This document shows, in pieces, positions 9,592 to 19,911 of a stretch of DNA of 64,000 bases. Source of the DNA: an uncultured Gemmatimonadales bacterium (lineage in GTDB: Bacteria; Gemmatimonadota; Gemmatimonadetes; Longimicrobiales; RSA9); the NCBI GenBank assembly GCA_963708135.1, contig OY970192.1, positions 3,712,001-3,776,000 on the forward strand, written 5' to 3'. The notes beneath the pieces were generated by a model. That model searched no databases. It was given only the letters and a program-made list of their open reading frames with translations, and was not told the DNA's origin. The position numbers and the translations under genes are program-made. Every line of letters begins with the position of its first letter. Positions within the stretch are counted from its first letter, which is position 1.

Positions 9592-11259
9592 TCAGTGGTC
9601 GGCGGCGGAGACGTCGCGGAAGGTGATAAAGAAGTTCGGCTGGACCTCGAAAGCGGCCGGATCCGCCAGGTGGAAGGGCGTCTCCTGCCAGGCGGTGGTC
9701 GGGTGCAGGCGGGTCCAGCCGTCGCCGGAGAGCCGGACGTCGAGCGGCATGTCGAAGCCGGGCACCACGTCGGCCCAGCGGTAGCGGAGGGTGCCCGCGG
9801 CGACATGGTACTCGAGGACGGGCACCTTCGTGGTGCGCAGGTACTCGTCGAAGACCTTCGAGAGGTCGACCCCCGCCTGCTCGCCGATGTAGCGCTCGAC
9901 GTCGGCCCCGGTGACGACCTGGTGCCGGAAGGTGGTGTTCAGGCCGCGCAGGATGGCGCGCCACCGGACGTCGTCGTGCACGATCCGGCGGATCGTGTTC
10001 AGCATGTTGCCGCCCTTGTAGTACATGTCGCCGGAGCCCTCCGCGTTGACGCCGTAGACCCCGACGATCGGGCGGTCGTTCCTGATGTTGGCGCGCGTGC
10101 CGCGGACGTAGCGCTCGCCCGCGTCCTTGCCGAACTGACACTCCGTGTAGAGGCTCTCGGCGTAGTTGGCGAAGGACTCGTGGACCCACATGTCCGCGAC
10201 GTCCGCGCTCGTGATGTTGTTGCCGAACCACTCGTGCGCGCTCTCGTGGACGATGATGAAGTCCCACTGCAGCCCGATCCCGGTGTGGGAGAGGTCCCGG
10301 CCGAGGTAGCCGTTCTCGTAGTGGTTGCCGTAGGCGACGGCGCTCTGGTGCTCCATCCCGAGGTGGGGCGCCTCCACGAGCTTGTAGCCGTCGCGGTACC
10401 ACGGGTAGGGGCCGAACCACCCCTCGAAGCAGGCGAGCATCGGGCGCGCCTGCTCCCACTGCCCCTCGGCCGCCTTCAGGTGCTCGGCCAGCGGCCAGAA
10501 GTCCAGCGTCAGCGGGCCCGCGATCCCCTCGTAGATCTGCCGGTAGTGGGCATACGTGCCGGCGTTCACCGCCACGTCGTAGTTGTTGATCGGGTCGGCC
10601 ACGAACCACTCGTAGGTGGTGGTGCCGTCCCGGTTCTTCGTGGTGGAGCGCAGCCGCCCGTTGGAGACGTCCTGCATGGACGAGGGCACCGTGATGGCGA
10701 TCCGCTGGCTGTCCGGCTCGTCGGTCTGCGTGTCCTTGTCGGGCCACCAGATGCTCGCGCCGATGCCCTGGTTGGCCGTGGCCACCCACGCGTTGCCGGT
10801 GCTGTCGCGCGCCCAGATGAAGCCGCCGCCCCACGGCGGCCGCCTGGCCACGCGCGGGCGCCCGTGGTAGTAGACCGTGACCGTGTGCAGCGCCCCCTTC
10901 TCCTGCGGCGCCTCGAGCTTCGCGAAGAACGCGTTGCCGTCGCGGCGGTACGTGAGCCGCTTCCCCGCCTGCAGCATGCTGTCCACCACGAGCGGCGTCA
11001 TGAGGTCGATCTGCATCTCGCGCGACGCGCCGACCACCCGGTACGTGATGCCGTTCCAGCCGGAGATGCTGCTGTCCGCCGGATCCACGCGCACGTGCAG
11101 ATCGTAGAAGGCGACGTCCCACCACGCCCTCGCCGGCCCGACCGACCCACGCAGCGTGTCCGCGTGCGTGAACACCCGCGCCGTGTCCTGCGCGGCGGCG
11201 GGCGCGGGGCGCAGGGCGAGCGGAGCGAGCGCGAGGAGCGCGAGGGCGGTCGTTCGCAT
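9592..11259 (-). CDS. M1 family zinc aminopeptidase, secreted
   Basis: Signal peptide; GMEHQ; HESAHEWFGN...WVHESFANY; YYKGG. Confidence 0.95.
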   Translation of the reverse strand: MRTTALALLALAPLALRPAPAAAQDTARVFTHADTLRGSVGPARAWWDVAFYDLHVRVDPADSSISGWNGITYRVVGASREMQIDLMTPLVVDSMLQAGKRLTYRRDGNAFFAKLEAPQEKGALHTVTVYYHGRPRVARRPPWGGGFIWARDSTGNAWVATANQGIGASIWWPDKDTQTDEPDSQRIAITVPSSMQDVSNGRLRSTTKNRDGTTTYEWFVADPINNYDVAVNAGTYAHYRQIYEGIAGPLTLDFWPLAEHLKAAEGQWEQARPMLACFEGWFGPYPWYRDGYKLVEAPHLGMEHQSAVAYGNHYENGYLGRDLSHTGIGLQWDFIIVHESAHEWFGNNITSADVADMWVHESFANYAESLYTECQFGKDAGERYVRGTRANIRNDRPIVGVYGVNAEGSGDMYYKGGNMLNTIRRIVHDDVRWRAILRGLNTTFRHQVVTGADVERYIGEQAGVDLSKVFDEYLRTTKVPVLEYHVAAGTLRYRWADVVPGFDMPLDVRLSGDGWTRLHPTTAWQETPFHLADPAAFEVQPNFFITFRDVSAADH

Positions 11260-11330
11260 CGGGTCATCCTCTGAGTGGGGATCGCTCGCGGAATTTAGGG
11301 CGGGAGGCCGGCTGGCGTCTACCGGCCGGA

Positions 11331-11710
11331 GGCCAGAGTGGGAGAGTGGGAGACGATTGCCGCGGCCGAGGGAATGGCCAGAGTGGGAGAGTGGGAGACC
11401 GGGCGACGATTACCGCGGCCGAGGGAATGGCCAGAGTGGGAGAGTGGGAGAGTGGGAGACCGGGCGACGATTGCCGCGGCCGAGGGAGCATCGGCCTCGC
11501 AGCGCTCGTCGCAACGCTGCCCGAACCGACCGCTTCCTTGCGTGGCGCCAGGCGGCCCGCCGGGGCGGGGCCCGGCTGGCGGCCGGTCAGACCCTGGCGG
11601 CCGGGCCACAGGCCGAGCACGCGCGCCGCCGGAATGGGCGCGAGGCCCGGCACTGCGCGGGGCAAGACGCGGCCGGCCCGGGGTCCCCCACTCCCCCACT
11701 CCCCCACTCC
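11331..11710. repeat. Dispersed intergenic element family 1, copy A
   Basis: (GAGTGGGA)n left end and (CCCCACTC)n right end; left module tandemly triplicated; colinear similarity to 27803-28220. Confidence 0.85.
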
Positions 11711-11740
11711 ATGCTGTTCCGCCCACGCGCGCCGATCCGC

Positions 11741-14026
11741 TCAGAATCCCAGCCGCGCGCCCACGCGCACGACCCTACCCTCCAGCGGCGCCCACTGGTC
11801 GGTGGTCCAGCGGCCGCCCGGGCCCGGCGAGGGGAGGAGCAGCGGGTCCCAGCGCGTCTGGCGCACGTTCGTCAGGTCCTCGCCGTTCGCGAAGAGGGTG
11901 ACGCGGCCGAACCGCTTCGAGAGCAGCACCTCGAGCGTGGCGAAGCCGGGGGTGAAGGTGCGGTACGGGTCGTCCTCGACCCGCTGCCGGCCGGTGTAGA
12001 AGAGCTCGGCGGCCAGGCGGATCCCCGACTCGCCGGGCTCGTCCTCCTCGTAGGCGATGTCCACGCCGCCCGCGTTGCGCGGCGTGAGCGGGAGGGCGAT
12101 GCGCCGCCCCGCCTCGGGCGAGTCCTCGGAGGCGGTGGTGTGGGAGTAGGTCGCCGTGACGAGGAACGGCTCGCGGGCGTAGACGCCGAACAGCTCCGCG
12201 CCGGCACTGCGGATCGGGCCGGCGGCGTTGACGAGTGTGAAGGCGAGCGAGTCCGACGCCAGCCGCTCGGGCAGCACGGGGTGGTGCACGCGGACGAGGA
12301 AGAGCGTGCCGTTCAGCTGGAACGGGCCCGCGCCGCCGCCCAGGTCCACGGAGGCGCTGGCGCCACGCTCGGCGACGAGGGGACCGGGCGGCGAGAGGTG
12401 CACGAAGCCGGCCTCCTCGACCTCCGGGACGAGCGTCGTGGGAGCGAAGAAGCCGCTGCCGCCGGATGCGCGGATGCTCCAGTCCCCGCCCAGCCGCACG
12501 AGCGCGGACGCGCGGGGGGAGACGAAGGTACCGTAGCGCGAGTGGTGGTCGAGACGCGCCGTCGCCTGAATGGAGAGTGGCGCCACGGGCGTGTAGCTGT
12601 CCTCCGCGAAGAGCGAGAGGGTCGTGAAGCCGAAGTCGAAGACGGGACGCTCGCGCTGGGCGAAGCCGTCGCGCTGGGCGGAGGCGCCGATCACGGCCTC
12701 GTGGCGCGGCCGGGTGAGCGAGAGCGTCGCCTCGGCGAAGAGGGTCGAGCGGCGGTCGTGCTCGCGGTCGGCGCCGAGGCGGCGGTCGTGGCGCGTCGCC
12801 ATGGCGGAGCCCCGGATGCCGAGCAAGGAGCGCCGGCCGAGGATCAATCGGCCGATCGCGCCGGCATCCACGTGGCGCGTGTCGAGCGTCTGAGGGAAGG
12901 CGACGCCGGCGGGGACCACGCCCCCCGGCATCGTGCCGCCGGTGCGGTCCTCCGAGATCCCGCCGGCGGTCAGCAGAACGGAGCTCCCATCCCCTCCCGT
13001 CCAGAACAGCCGCGGTCTGGCCTCCGCACGGGTATAGCCGGGAACGTCCGTCCAGCCGTCGCCGCTCGGATCGCCTCGCCGCTGGTGGTGCGCACCGCCC
13101 AGGAAGGTGTAACCCCAGCGATCGCTCAGGCGGCGGGAGAGCCAGACGAGCCCGTCCTCCGCGCCGCGCGAGCCGCCGCTCAGGACCACCTGGCGCGCAT
13201 GGGCGGGGCCCTTCGAGACCAGGTCAACCACGCCGCCCAGCGCCGCCGGGCCATAGAGCGCCGTGGCCGCGCCCTTGATCACCTCGACCTGCCGGAGGTC
13301 CAGCGGCGGGACCTGCGCGAGCGAGAAGGACGGCGGCTCCGCGCCGTAGAGGGGCAGACCGTCGGAGAGGATCAGCGTGTAGCGGCCGGGCAGCCCCTGC
13401 ACGCGGATGGCCGCACCACCCAGTCCGGGCGCGACCGGCTGGATGTGGATGCCGCCCATCTCGACGAGCAGGTTCGTGATGTCGCCCGGGTGCGTCTGCG
13501 ACTTCTCGCCGACGTCCTCCGGCGCGAGCACCTCGATGCGCTCCGGCTCCTCCTCGATGCGCGTCTCCACGCGCGCCGCGCGCACCACGATCGGCGCGAG
13601 CTCCTGCGCCACCGGCACGACCGACGCGAACACCGCCGTGTCCTCGCCCGCGCGCAGGACGAGGTCGAGCGTGTCCACGGAGAAGCCGACCTTCCACACG
13701 AAGAGCCGGTGGTGGCCCGCCCCGAGCGTCAGGCGCGCCACGCCCGTGGTGTCGGTCAGGATAAGCCGGCCGCCGCCGCGCACTTCGGCGCCCGGAAGGA
13801 GCGCACCGCCCGCGGCCACGGTGACGGTGATGTGGGCAGGCGCCTGCCCGGCCGCGGCCCGGGGTGTGAATAGAAGCGCGGCGGCGAGCAGCGCCCAGGA
13901 GTTCCCGCGCGCGAGACCGGGAGCGCCCCCTCGGGCGCGTGTCGCATCCCGGTTCCGGCTGTGCTCAGGCGATCTCGGCAGCGTGGCTCTCCGACCAGGG
14001 TCCAACGCGGCCAACGCACCCAGCAT
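11741..14026 (-). CDS. TonB-dependent receptor (FepA/CirA-like); start codon uncertain
   Basis: Plug RVQGLPGRYTLILSDG...VEVIKGAATALYGPAALGGVVDLVS; ARLDHHSRYG..SPR; C-terminal Phe (RLGF). Confidence 0.9.
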   Translation of the reverse strand: MLGALAALDPGRRATLPRSPEHSRNRDATRARGGAPGLARGNSWALLAAALLFTPRAAAGQAPAHITVTVAAGGALLPGAEVRGGGRLILTDTTGVARLTLGAGHHRLFVWKVGFSVDTLDLVLRAGEDTAVFASVVPVAQELAPIVVRAARVETRIEEEPERIEVLAPEDVGEKSQTHPGDITNLLVEMGGIHIQPVAPGLGGAAIRVQGLPGRYTLILSDGLPLYGAEPPSFSLAQVPPLDLRQVEVIKGAATALYGPAALGGVVDLVSKGPAHARQVVLSGGSRGAEDGLVWLSRRLSDRWGYTFLGGAHHQRRGDPSGDGWTDVPGYTRAEARPRLFWTGGDGSSVLLTAGGISEDRTGGTMPGGVVPAGVAFPQTLDTRHVDAGAIGRLILGRRSLLGIRGSAMATRHDRRLGADREHDRRSTLFAEATLSLTRPRHEAVIGASAQRDGFAQRERPVFDFGFTTLSLFAEDSYTPVAPLSIQATARLDHHSRYGTFVSPRASALVRLGGDWSIRASGGSGFFAPTTLVPEVEEAGFVHLSPPGPLVAERGASASVDLGGGAGPFQLNGTLFLVRVHHPVLPERLASDSLAFTLVNAAGPIRSAGAELFGVYAREPFLVTATYSHTTASEDSPEAGRRIALPLTPRNAGGVDIAYEEDEPGESGIRLAAELFYTGRQRVEDDPYRTFTPGFATLEVLLSKRFGRVTLFANGEDLTNVRQTRWDPLLLPSPGPGGRWTTDQWAPLEGRVVRVGARLGF

Positions 14027-14177
14027 GCCCGCATGGCGGACCTGGACCGGGCGACGATCCCGCGGGCCGCAGGACGCGCGAGCCGGCGTGAGGTGCGGAG
14101 CAGGTCACCTCGGCCGTATCGACGCGCGTGCCGGAACACGTCGCGCGGGAGCCGAATCGGGGGGCGGCACGGCGGGG

Positions 14178-14360
14178 CGGGCGGACATTTCTGCACGACC
14201 GTCGCCCGCTTTTCGGAGGACTCGCACTTCGAGTCGCCCAGCGGACCAAACTCCCCGCTGGTTCGGCGGCGCCGTCGACGCGACGGGACCTTGGTCCGCA
14301 TAGCGGCCCTTTCTGCAAGGGCGGCCCCCGCCCCTCGACGATCCGGGAGTTTGGTCCGCC
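14178..14360. repeat. Dispersed intergenic palindromic element family 2, copy A
   Basis: Conserved blocks colinear with 33878-34060 at a constant offset of 19,700; arms GCGGACCAAA and TTGGTCCGC. Confidence 0.85.
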
Positions 14361-14391
14361 CCCGCGGAGGCGCGCCGGTCGCTCCACGAGG

Positions 14392-17100
14392 TCAAGCCTG
14401 GCGTGAGCCGTTCGGCGCCGTCTCCGCCACGGGCAGCGTGAAGCTGAACACGCTCCCGGGACCGGGACCGGAATCGACCCAGATGGCGCCGCCGTGGGCG
14501 CGGACGATCTCGCGGGCGATCGCCAGGCCGAGGCCGCTGCCCTCGGAGCCGTCGGCCCGACGCACGCGGACGAAGCGGTCGAAGATACGCGCCTGCTGCT
14601 CGATGGGGATGCCGGCGCCGTCGTCGGCCACGGAGAACTGGACGAATGGGCCGACGGCGTCCGCCGAGACAAGCACGTGGCCGCCGGACCCGGCGAACCG
14701 GATGGCATTGGAGAGGAGGTTCTCGAGGATGGTCTCGGCGCGCTCGGGATCGGCCTCGATGGCGGGCACATCGGCCGGGAGCTCGGCGCCCAGGTCGACG
14801 CCGGCCTGCTGCGCGGCGCTGCGGAAGGTGGCGAGCGCGCGCTCGACGAGCCGACCGGGCGCGACGGCGCGGCGTGCGAGCTCGAGGCGTCCGGCCTCCA
14901 GTCTCGAGAGGTCGAGCAGCTCGTCTACCAGGGAACGCAGGCGGGCGACCTCCTCGGTTGCGCCCTCGAGGAGCCGACCTTCGCGCGCTCCCGCGCCGGC
15001 CCGGTCGCCGTGCCCCTTCAGGTCCTCGAGGCGGGCGGCGAGGGCGGCGATGGGCGCGCGCAGCTCGTGTGAGGCGACGGCGACGAACTCGCTCTGCATC
15101 CGGTCCATCTCCCTCATCTCCTGAACGCGCAGCGCCTCCTCGGCCAGGTGGGCGCTCTCGAGGGAAGCCGCCATCTGGGCCGCGAACGTCTCGAGGAAAT
15201 GGAGCTGCTCGGGGTCGGCGAAGCGGGAGGAATCGCGCGGCCGCACGCCGACCGAGCCCACGGTGGCGCGGGCTCCGCGGAGTGGCAGATAGAGCATCGT
15301 CGCGGAGGGCAGAGTGTCGGTTCCCGCACCCGCGGGCCGAGCGTGGTCGAACACCCATTGCGCCACGGCGCGCTCGGCGTCGGCGGGGATGGTGGCCGCC
15401 GCGGTGTCGCTCCAGGGGGTCAGTCGCCCGGCCTGGTCGGGGAGGAGCACGGCCACGTCGGCATCGAACACGTCGCGGAGGTGGCGAGCGCCGATCCGCA
15501 GGATGTCGTCGGGCTCGGTGGCGTTCACGAGATCGCGGCTCATCTCGAGCAGCGCGGCGGTGCGCTGCTCGCGACGGCGCGAGATGCGCGCCTGATCGCG
15601 GGCGCGGGCAGTGAGCGCGCTGATCACGACGGCGACGACGAGCATCGCGGCAAAGGCGATGAGGTACTGCGTATCGGCGACGGCGAAGGTGAGGTAGGGC
15701 GGCACGCAGAAGAAGTCGAACGCCGCGACCCCCAGGACGGAGGCCAGGATGGACGCTCCCCGCCCGAAGCGCATCGCGACCAGGACGACGGTAAGCAGGT
15801 AGATCATGATCAGGTTGCCCGGATCGAAATGCGGCCGCACGGCGACCGCGGCTACGGTGGCGGCGGCCACGCCGCCGGCCGCCCACAGGTAGTCTCGGGC
15901 GCGCCCCGGCGCCGGTCCGCCTCGCCGGCCCCGCCGTCGTCCGGGCTCCATCTCCTCCGGCTCGCCCGTGATGACGTAGACGTCGATGTCGCCGCTGCCA
16001 CGCACGATCGCGTCGACCATCGAGCCGAAGACGACGTCTCTCCAGCGCGGGTGGGTGGGCTTGCCGACGACGAGCTTGGTGACGTTGTGCGCGCGGGCGT
16101 AGGCCAGGATCTCGGCGGCGGTGCCGGAGCCGGACAGCGTGGCCGTGGTGGCGCCGAGGGTCTCGGCGAGGGCGAGGGTCTCCCAGGCGCGCCGGCGATC
16201 CACCTCGGGCCAGTTGGCCGAAGCAGGAGTTTCGACGAAGATGGCGATCCACTCCGCGCCCAGTCGATCGGCCATCCGCTTGGTGGCGCGGACCAGCCGC
16301 TCCGAGGAGGGCGCGGGGCCGATGCCCACCAGCACGCGCTCGGCGATCGGCCAGGTCTCCGCCACCGCATGGGCCCGGCGGTAGACCTGCATCTGCGCGT
16401 CCACCCGCTGGGCCGTATGGCGCAGGGCGAGCTGGCGCAGGGCGATCAGGTTCCCCGGGCGGAAGAAGTTCTGCAGGGCCCGCTTCGCCTGCTCGGGGAT
16501 GTAGACCTTTCCCTCCTCGAGGCGCTTGAGCAGCTCCTCGGGCGGGATGTCGATCAGCTCGATCTCGTCGGCGCGCTCGAGAACCGCATCGGGCACGGTC
16601 TCGCGCACCTTCACGTGCGTGATCTGCGCGACCACGTCGTTCAGGCTCTCGACGTGCTGCACGTTCACGGTGGTATAAACGTCGATGCCGGCCGCGAGCA
16701 GCTCCTCGACATCCTGCCACCGCTTGGCGTGGCGCGACCCGGGGGCGTTCGTGTGCGCCAGCTCATCCATCAGGATGAGCTCCGGGCGGCGCTCGAGCGC
16801 CCGGTCGAGGTCGAACTCGCCGAGCGTGACCCGACGGTACTGGACCGCCTTGCGCGGGAGCACCTCGATCCCTTCCAGCAGCCGCTCGGTTTCCCAGCGC
16901 CGGTGCGTTTCCACCACGCCCACGACGACATCGACCCCGTCGCGCTTGCGCGCGCGGGCCTCCTCGAGCATCGCGTAGGTCTTTCCCACCCCGGCGGTCG
17001 CGCCGAAGAAGACCTTCAGGCGGCCACGCGCGCCGCCGGCCCCCTCGCCTCGCACCTGAGCCAGGAGCGCATCGGGATCGGGCCGCCCCTCATCCGGCAT
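14392..17100 (-). CDS. kdpD: Full-length K+ sensor histidine kinase KdpD
   Basis: GRLKVFFGATAGVGKTYAML, DELAHTNAPGSRHAKRWQDV, Usp domain, 4 TM, GAF, ASHELRAP H-box, HATPase GSGLGLAI. Confidence 0.97.
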   Translation of the reverse strand: MPDEGRPDPDALLAQVRGEGAGGARGRLKVFFGATAGVGKTYAMLEEARARKRDGVDVVVGVVETHRRWETERLLEGIEVLPRKAVQYRRVTLGEFDLDRALERRPELILMDELAHTNAPGSRHAKRWQDVEELLAAGIDVYTTVNVQHVESLNDVVAQITHVKVRETVPDAVLERADEIELIDIPPEELLKRLEEGKVYIPEQAKRALQNFFRPGNLIALRQLALRHTAQRVDAQMQVYRRAHAVAETWPIAERVLVGIGPAPSSERLVRATKRMADRLGAEWIAIFVETPASANWPEVDRRRAWETLALAETLGATTATLSGSGTAAEILAYARAHNVTKLVVGKPTHPRWRDVVFGSMVDAIVRGSGDIDVYVITGEPEEMEPGRRRGRRGGPAPGRARDYLWAAGGVAAATVAAVAVRPHFDPGNLIMIYLLTVVLVAMRFGRGASILASVLGVAAFDFFCVPPYLTFAVADTQYLIAFAAMLVVAVVISALTARARDQARISRRREQRTAALLEMSRDLVNATEPDDILRIGARHLRDVFDADVAVLLPDQAGRLTPWSDTAAATIPADAERAVAQWVFDHARPAGAGTDTLPSATMLYLPLRGARATVGSVGVRPRDSSRFADPEQLHFLETFAAQMAASLESAHLAEEALRVQEMREMDRMQSEFVAVASHELRAPIAALAARLEDLKGHGDRAGAGAREGRLLEGATEEVARLRSLVDELLDLSRLEAGRLELARRAVAPGRLVERALATFRSAAQQAGVDLGAELPADVPAIEADPERAETILENLLSNAIRFAGSGGHVLVSADAVGPFVQFSVADDGAGIPIEQQARIFDRFVRVRRADGSEGSGLGLAIAREIVRAHGGAIWVDSGPGPGSVFSFTLPVAETAPNGSRQA

Positions 17101-17112
17101 GGGTCCGCGCTT

Positions 17113-17733
17113 TCAGCGGGCGACGCCGGTGGGGCGCGGCGCCGCCCCTGCCGCGGTGGCGGAGACGATGGAGTCCAGCGCGAGGTTCAGCTCGAGCACG
17201 TTCACGCGAGGCTCGCCGAGGAAGGCGAGCGGACGGGGCTGGACGTGGCGGTCGACGAGGGCGCGGACCGTCTCCTCGGGCAGGCTCCGCGCGCGGGCGA
17301 CCCGCCGGACCTGGTACAGGGCCGCAGCTGGCGAGATATCCGGGTCCAGCCCGCTGCCTGACGAGGTCACGAGATCCACGGGCACTGGAAACGCGTTTCC
17401 CGGATCGGCCGCCCGGAGGTCGGCGATCCGCCGCCGCACGGCCGCCATGAGGGCCGGATTCGTGGGCGCGAGGTTCGAGCCGGAGGAGGCGGCGGCGTTG
17501 TATGGGAAGGGAGTCGTCGCCGAAGGCCGGCTCCAGAAGTAGGCGGGGCTCCGGAAGGGCTGACCGATGAGGCGGGAGCCCACCGCGCGGCCGTCCCGCA
17601 CGATGATGCTGCCATTGGCCTCCGCCGGCCAGAGCGCCTGCGCGATCCCGGTCACGACGAGCGGATACGCAAGGCCGGTAAGGACCGTCATTGCCGCGAG
17701 AATGAGGAGCGCGGGCCGCAGCTGTTCACGCAT
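17113..17733 (-). CDS. kdpC: K+-transporting ATPase subunit C
   Basis: LAYPLVVTG...GSRLIGQPF..YFWSRPSA...VTSSGSGLDPDISP...VNVLELNLAL. Confidence 0.97.
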   Translation of the reverse strand: MREQLRPALLILAAMTVLTGLAYPLVVTGIAQALWPAEANGSIIVRDGRAVGSRLIGQPFRSPAYFWSRPSATTPFPYNAAASSGSNLAPTNPALMAAVRRRIADLRAADPGNAFPVPVDLVTSSGSGLDPDISPAAALYQVRRVARARSLPEETVRALVDRHVQPRPLAFLGEPRVNVLELNLALDSIVSATAAGAAPRPTGVAR

Positions 17734-17766
17734 CGGGGTGGTCCTTTCCCCGGCCCGCCGGCCGGC

Positions 17767-19893
17767 TCATGCGACGCCTAGCGCGGCGAGCAGGAGATCG
17801 ATCAGCTTGATGCCGACGAACGGCACGATGAGGCCGCCGAGCCCGTAGAGCAGCAGGTTGTCCCGGAGCAGCCGTGCCGCGCCGTGGGGCCGGTACTTCA
17901 CCCCGCGGAGCGCCAGCGGGATCAGGAAGATGATGATCAGGGCGTTGAAGATCACGGCCGAGAGGATGGCGCTCCGCGGCGTGGCGAGGCGCATGACGTT
18001 GAGCGCATCGAGCTGCGGGTAGATCCCCACGAAGGCGGCCGGGATGATGGCAAAGTACTTGGCCACGTCGTTCGAGATGCTGAAGGTGGTGAGCGCGCCG
18101 CGCGTCATGAGGAGCTGCTTGCCGATCTCGACGATCTCGATCAGCTTGGTCGGGTTCGAGTCCAGGTCCACCATGTTGCTCGCCTCCTTGGCGGCCTGGG
18201 TGCCCGCGTTCATGGCCACGGCGACGTCGGCCTGGGCGAGCGCCGGCGCGTCATTGGTTCCGTCGCCCGTCATGGCCACGAGCTGGCCGCCCGTCTGGTA
18301 GCCGCGGATCAGCTCGAGCTTGGCTTCCGGGGTGGCCTCGGCCAGGAAGTCATCCACGCCGGCCTCGGCCGCGATCGCGGCGGCCGTGAGCGGATTGTCC
18401 CCGGTGATCATGACAGTCTTGATCCCCATCTCGCGCAGCTCGGCGAAACGCTCGCGGATCCCGCCCTTCACGATGTCCTTCAGGTAGATCACGCCCAGCG
18501 CCCGGGCGGCGCCGTCCCGCCGCTCCGCCACCACGAGGGGCGTGCCGCCCTCGCGCGCGATACGGTCGACCGCCTCGGTGAGCCCCGGCGGGATCCGGCC
18601 GCCGTTCTCGCGGACCCAGGTGGTGATGGCGTCCACCGCGCCCTTGCGCAGCTCGAAGTCCGGGGCGTTGACGCCGCTCATGCGCGTGGACGCGGAGAAC
18701 GGCACGAATTCCAGGTGGTCCGGGTGGTGCCGCCCGTCGGCCGGTGGGCGCGCTTCGGTGCGGCCGCCCACCTCGCGGCCGCGCAGCCCGTGCTCCTCCT
18801 TGGCCAGGACGACGATGCTGCGGCCCTCCGGCGTTTCGTCGGCCAGCGAGGAGAGCTGGGCGCGGTCGGCCAGGTAGCCGGCATCGACGCCGGGTGCGGG
18901 GACGAACTCCGTCGCCTGCCGGTTGCCGAGCGTGATCGTGCCCGTCTTGTCGAGGAGGAGGACGTTGACATCGCCCGCCGCCTCGACGGCCCTGCCCGAT
19001 GTGGCGATGACGTTGGCCTGGATCATCCGGTCCATCCCCGCAATGCCGATGGCCGAGAGCAGCCCGCCGATCGTCGTCGGGATCAGGCAGACCAGCAGCG
19101 CCACGAGCACGGTGATGCCGATCGGCGTCCCGGCCCCCGCCGCACGCACGCTGAAGATCGAGAACGGCAACAGCGTCGCCACGGCGAGCAGGAAGATGAT
19201 GGTGAGCGCGGCGAGCAGGATGTCGAGGGCGATCTCGTTCGGGGTCTTCTGTCGGGCGGCGCCCTCGACGAGGGCGATCATCTTGTCCAGGAAGCTCTCG
19301 CCCGGATTGGCCGTCACGCGCACGACCAGCCAGTCGGAAAGTACGCGCGTGCCACCCGTGACCGCGCTCCGGTCGCCGCCGCTCTCCCGGATCACCGGCG
19401 CGCTCTCGCCCGTGATGGCGCTCTCGTCCACCGATGCGACGCCCTCGATCACCTCGCCGTCCGCGGGGATCACCTCGCCCGCGCTCACGAGGACGGCGTC
19501 TCCCGTCCGCAGGTCGGGGGCGGCCACCATGCGGACCTCGTCGTGGTTGGCCGGGTCCGACAGCACGCGCGCCTGCGTGAGCGTGCGCGTCGCGCGCAGC
19601 GCATCCGCCTGCGCCTTGCCGCGCCCCTCCGCCATTGCCTCGGCGAAGTTGGCGAACAACAGCGTGAACCAGAGCCAGAGCGTGATGGCGAGGATGAAGC
19701 CCCACGGCGCCTCGCCGTGCCCCAGCAGCGCCTGGAAGAAGAGCAGCGTGGTCAGCACGCTGCCGACCCAGACGGTGAACATCACCGGGTTCCGGATCTG
19801 GTGGCGTGGATCGAGCTTGCGCAGGGCGTCCACGGCCGCACGCCGCGTGATCCGCGGGTCGAAGAGAGACCGACGCTCAACGCGATCCGACAT
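17767..19893 (-). CDS. kdpB: K+-transporting P-type ATPase subunit B
   Basis: TGES, DKTGTIT, TGDN and [10 protein letters not shown] motifs. Confidence 0.98.
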   Translation of the reverse strand: MSDRVERRSLFDPRITRRAAVDALRKLDPRHQIRNPVMFTVWVGSVLTTLLFFQALLGHGEAPWGFILAITLWLWFTLLFANFAEAMAEGRGKAQADALRATRTLTQARVLSDPANHDEVRMVAAPDLRTGDAVLVSAGEVIPADGEVIEGVASVDESAITGESAPVIRESGGDRSAVTGGTRVLSDWLVVRVTANPGESFLDKMIALVEGAARQKTPNEIALDILLAALTIIFLLAVATLLPFSIFSVRAAGAGTPIGITVLVALLVCLIPTTIGGLLSAIGIAGMDRMIQANVIATSGRAVEAAGDVNVLLLDKTGTITLGNRQATEFVPAPGVDAGYLADRAQLSSLADETPEGRSIVVLAKEEHGLRGREVGGRTEARPPADGRHHPDHLEFVPFSASTRMSGVNAPDFELRKGAVDAITTWVRENGGRIPPGLTEAVDRIAREGGTPLVVAERRDGAARALGVIYLKDIVKGGIRERFAELREMGIKTVMITGDNPLTAAAIAAEAGVDDFLAEATPEAKLELIRGYQTGGQLVAMTGDGTNDAPALAQADVAVAMNAGTQAAKEASNMVDLDSNPTKLIEIVEIGKQLLMTRGALTTFSISNDVAKYFAIIPAAFVGIYPQLDALNVMRLATPRSAILSAVIFNALIIIFLIPLALRGVKYRPHGAARLLRDNLLLYGLGGLIVPFVGIKLIDLLLAALGVA

Positions 19894-19911
19894 GCCTCCC
19901 GCCCTCCGCTC

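Noticed and set aside
11331..11490. GGCCAGAGTGGGAGAGTGGGAG repeats as CRISPR
   Set aside because: The intervening sequences are near-identical to each other, so this is a tandem duplication.
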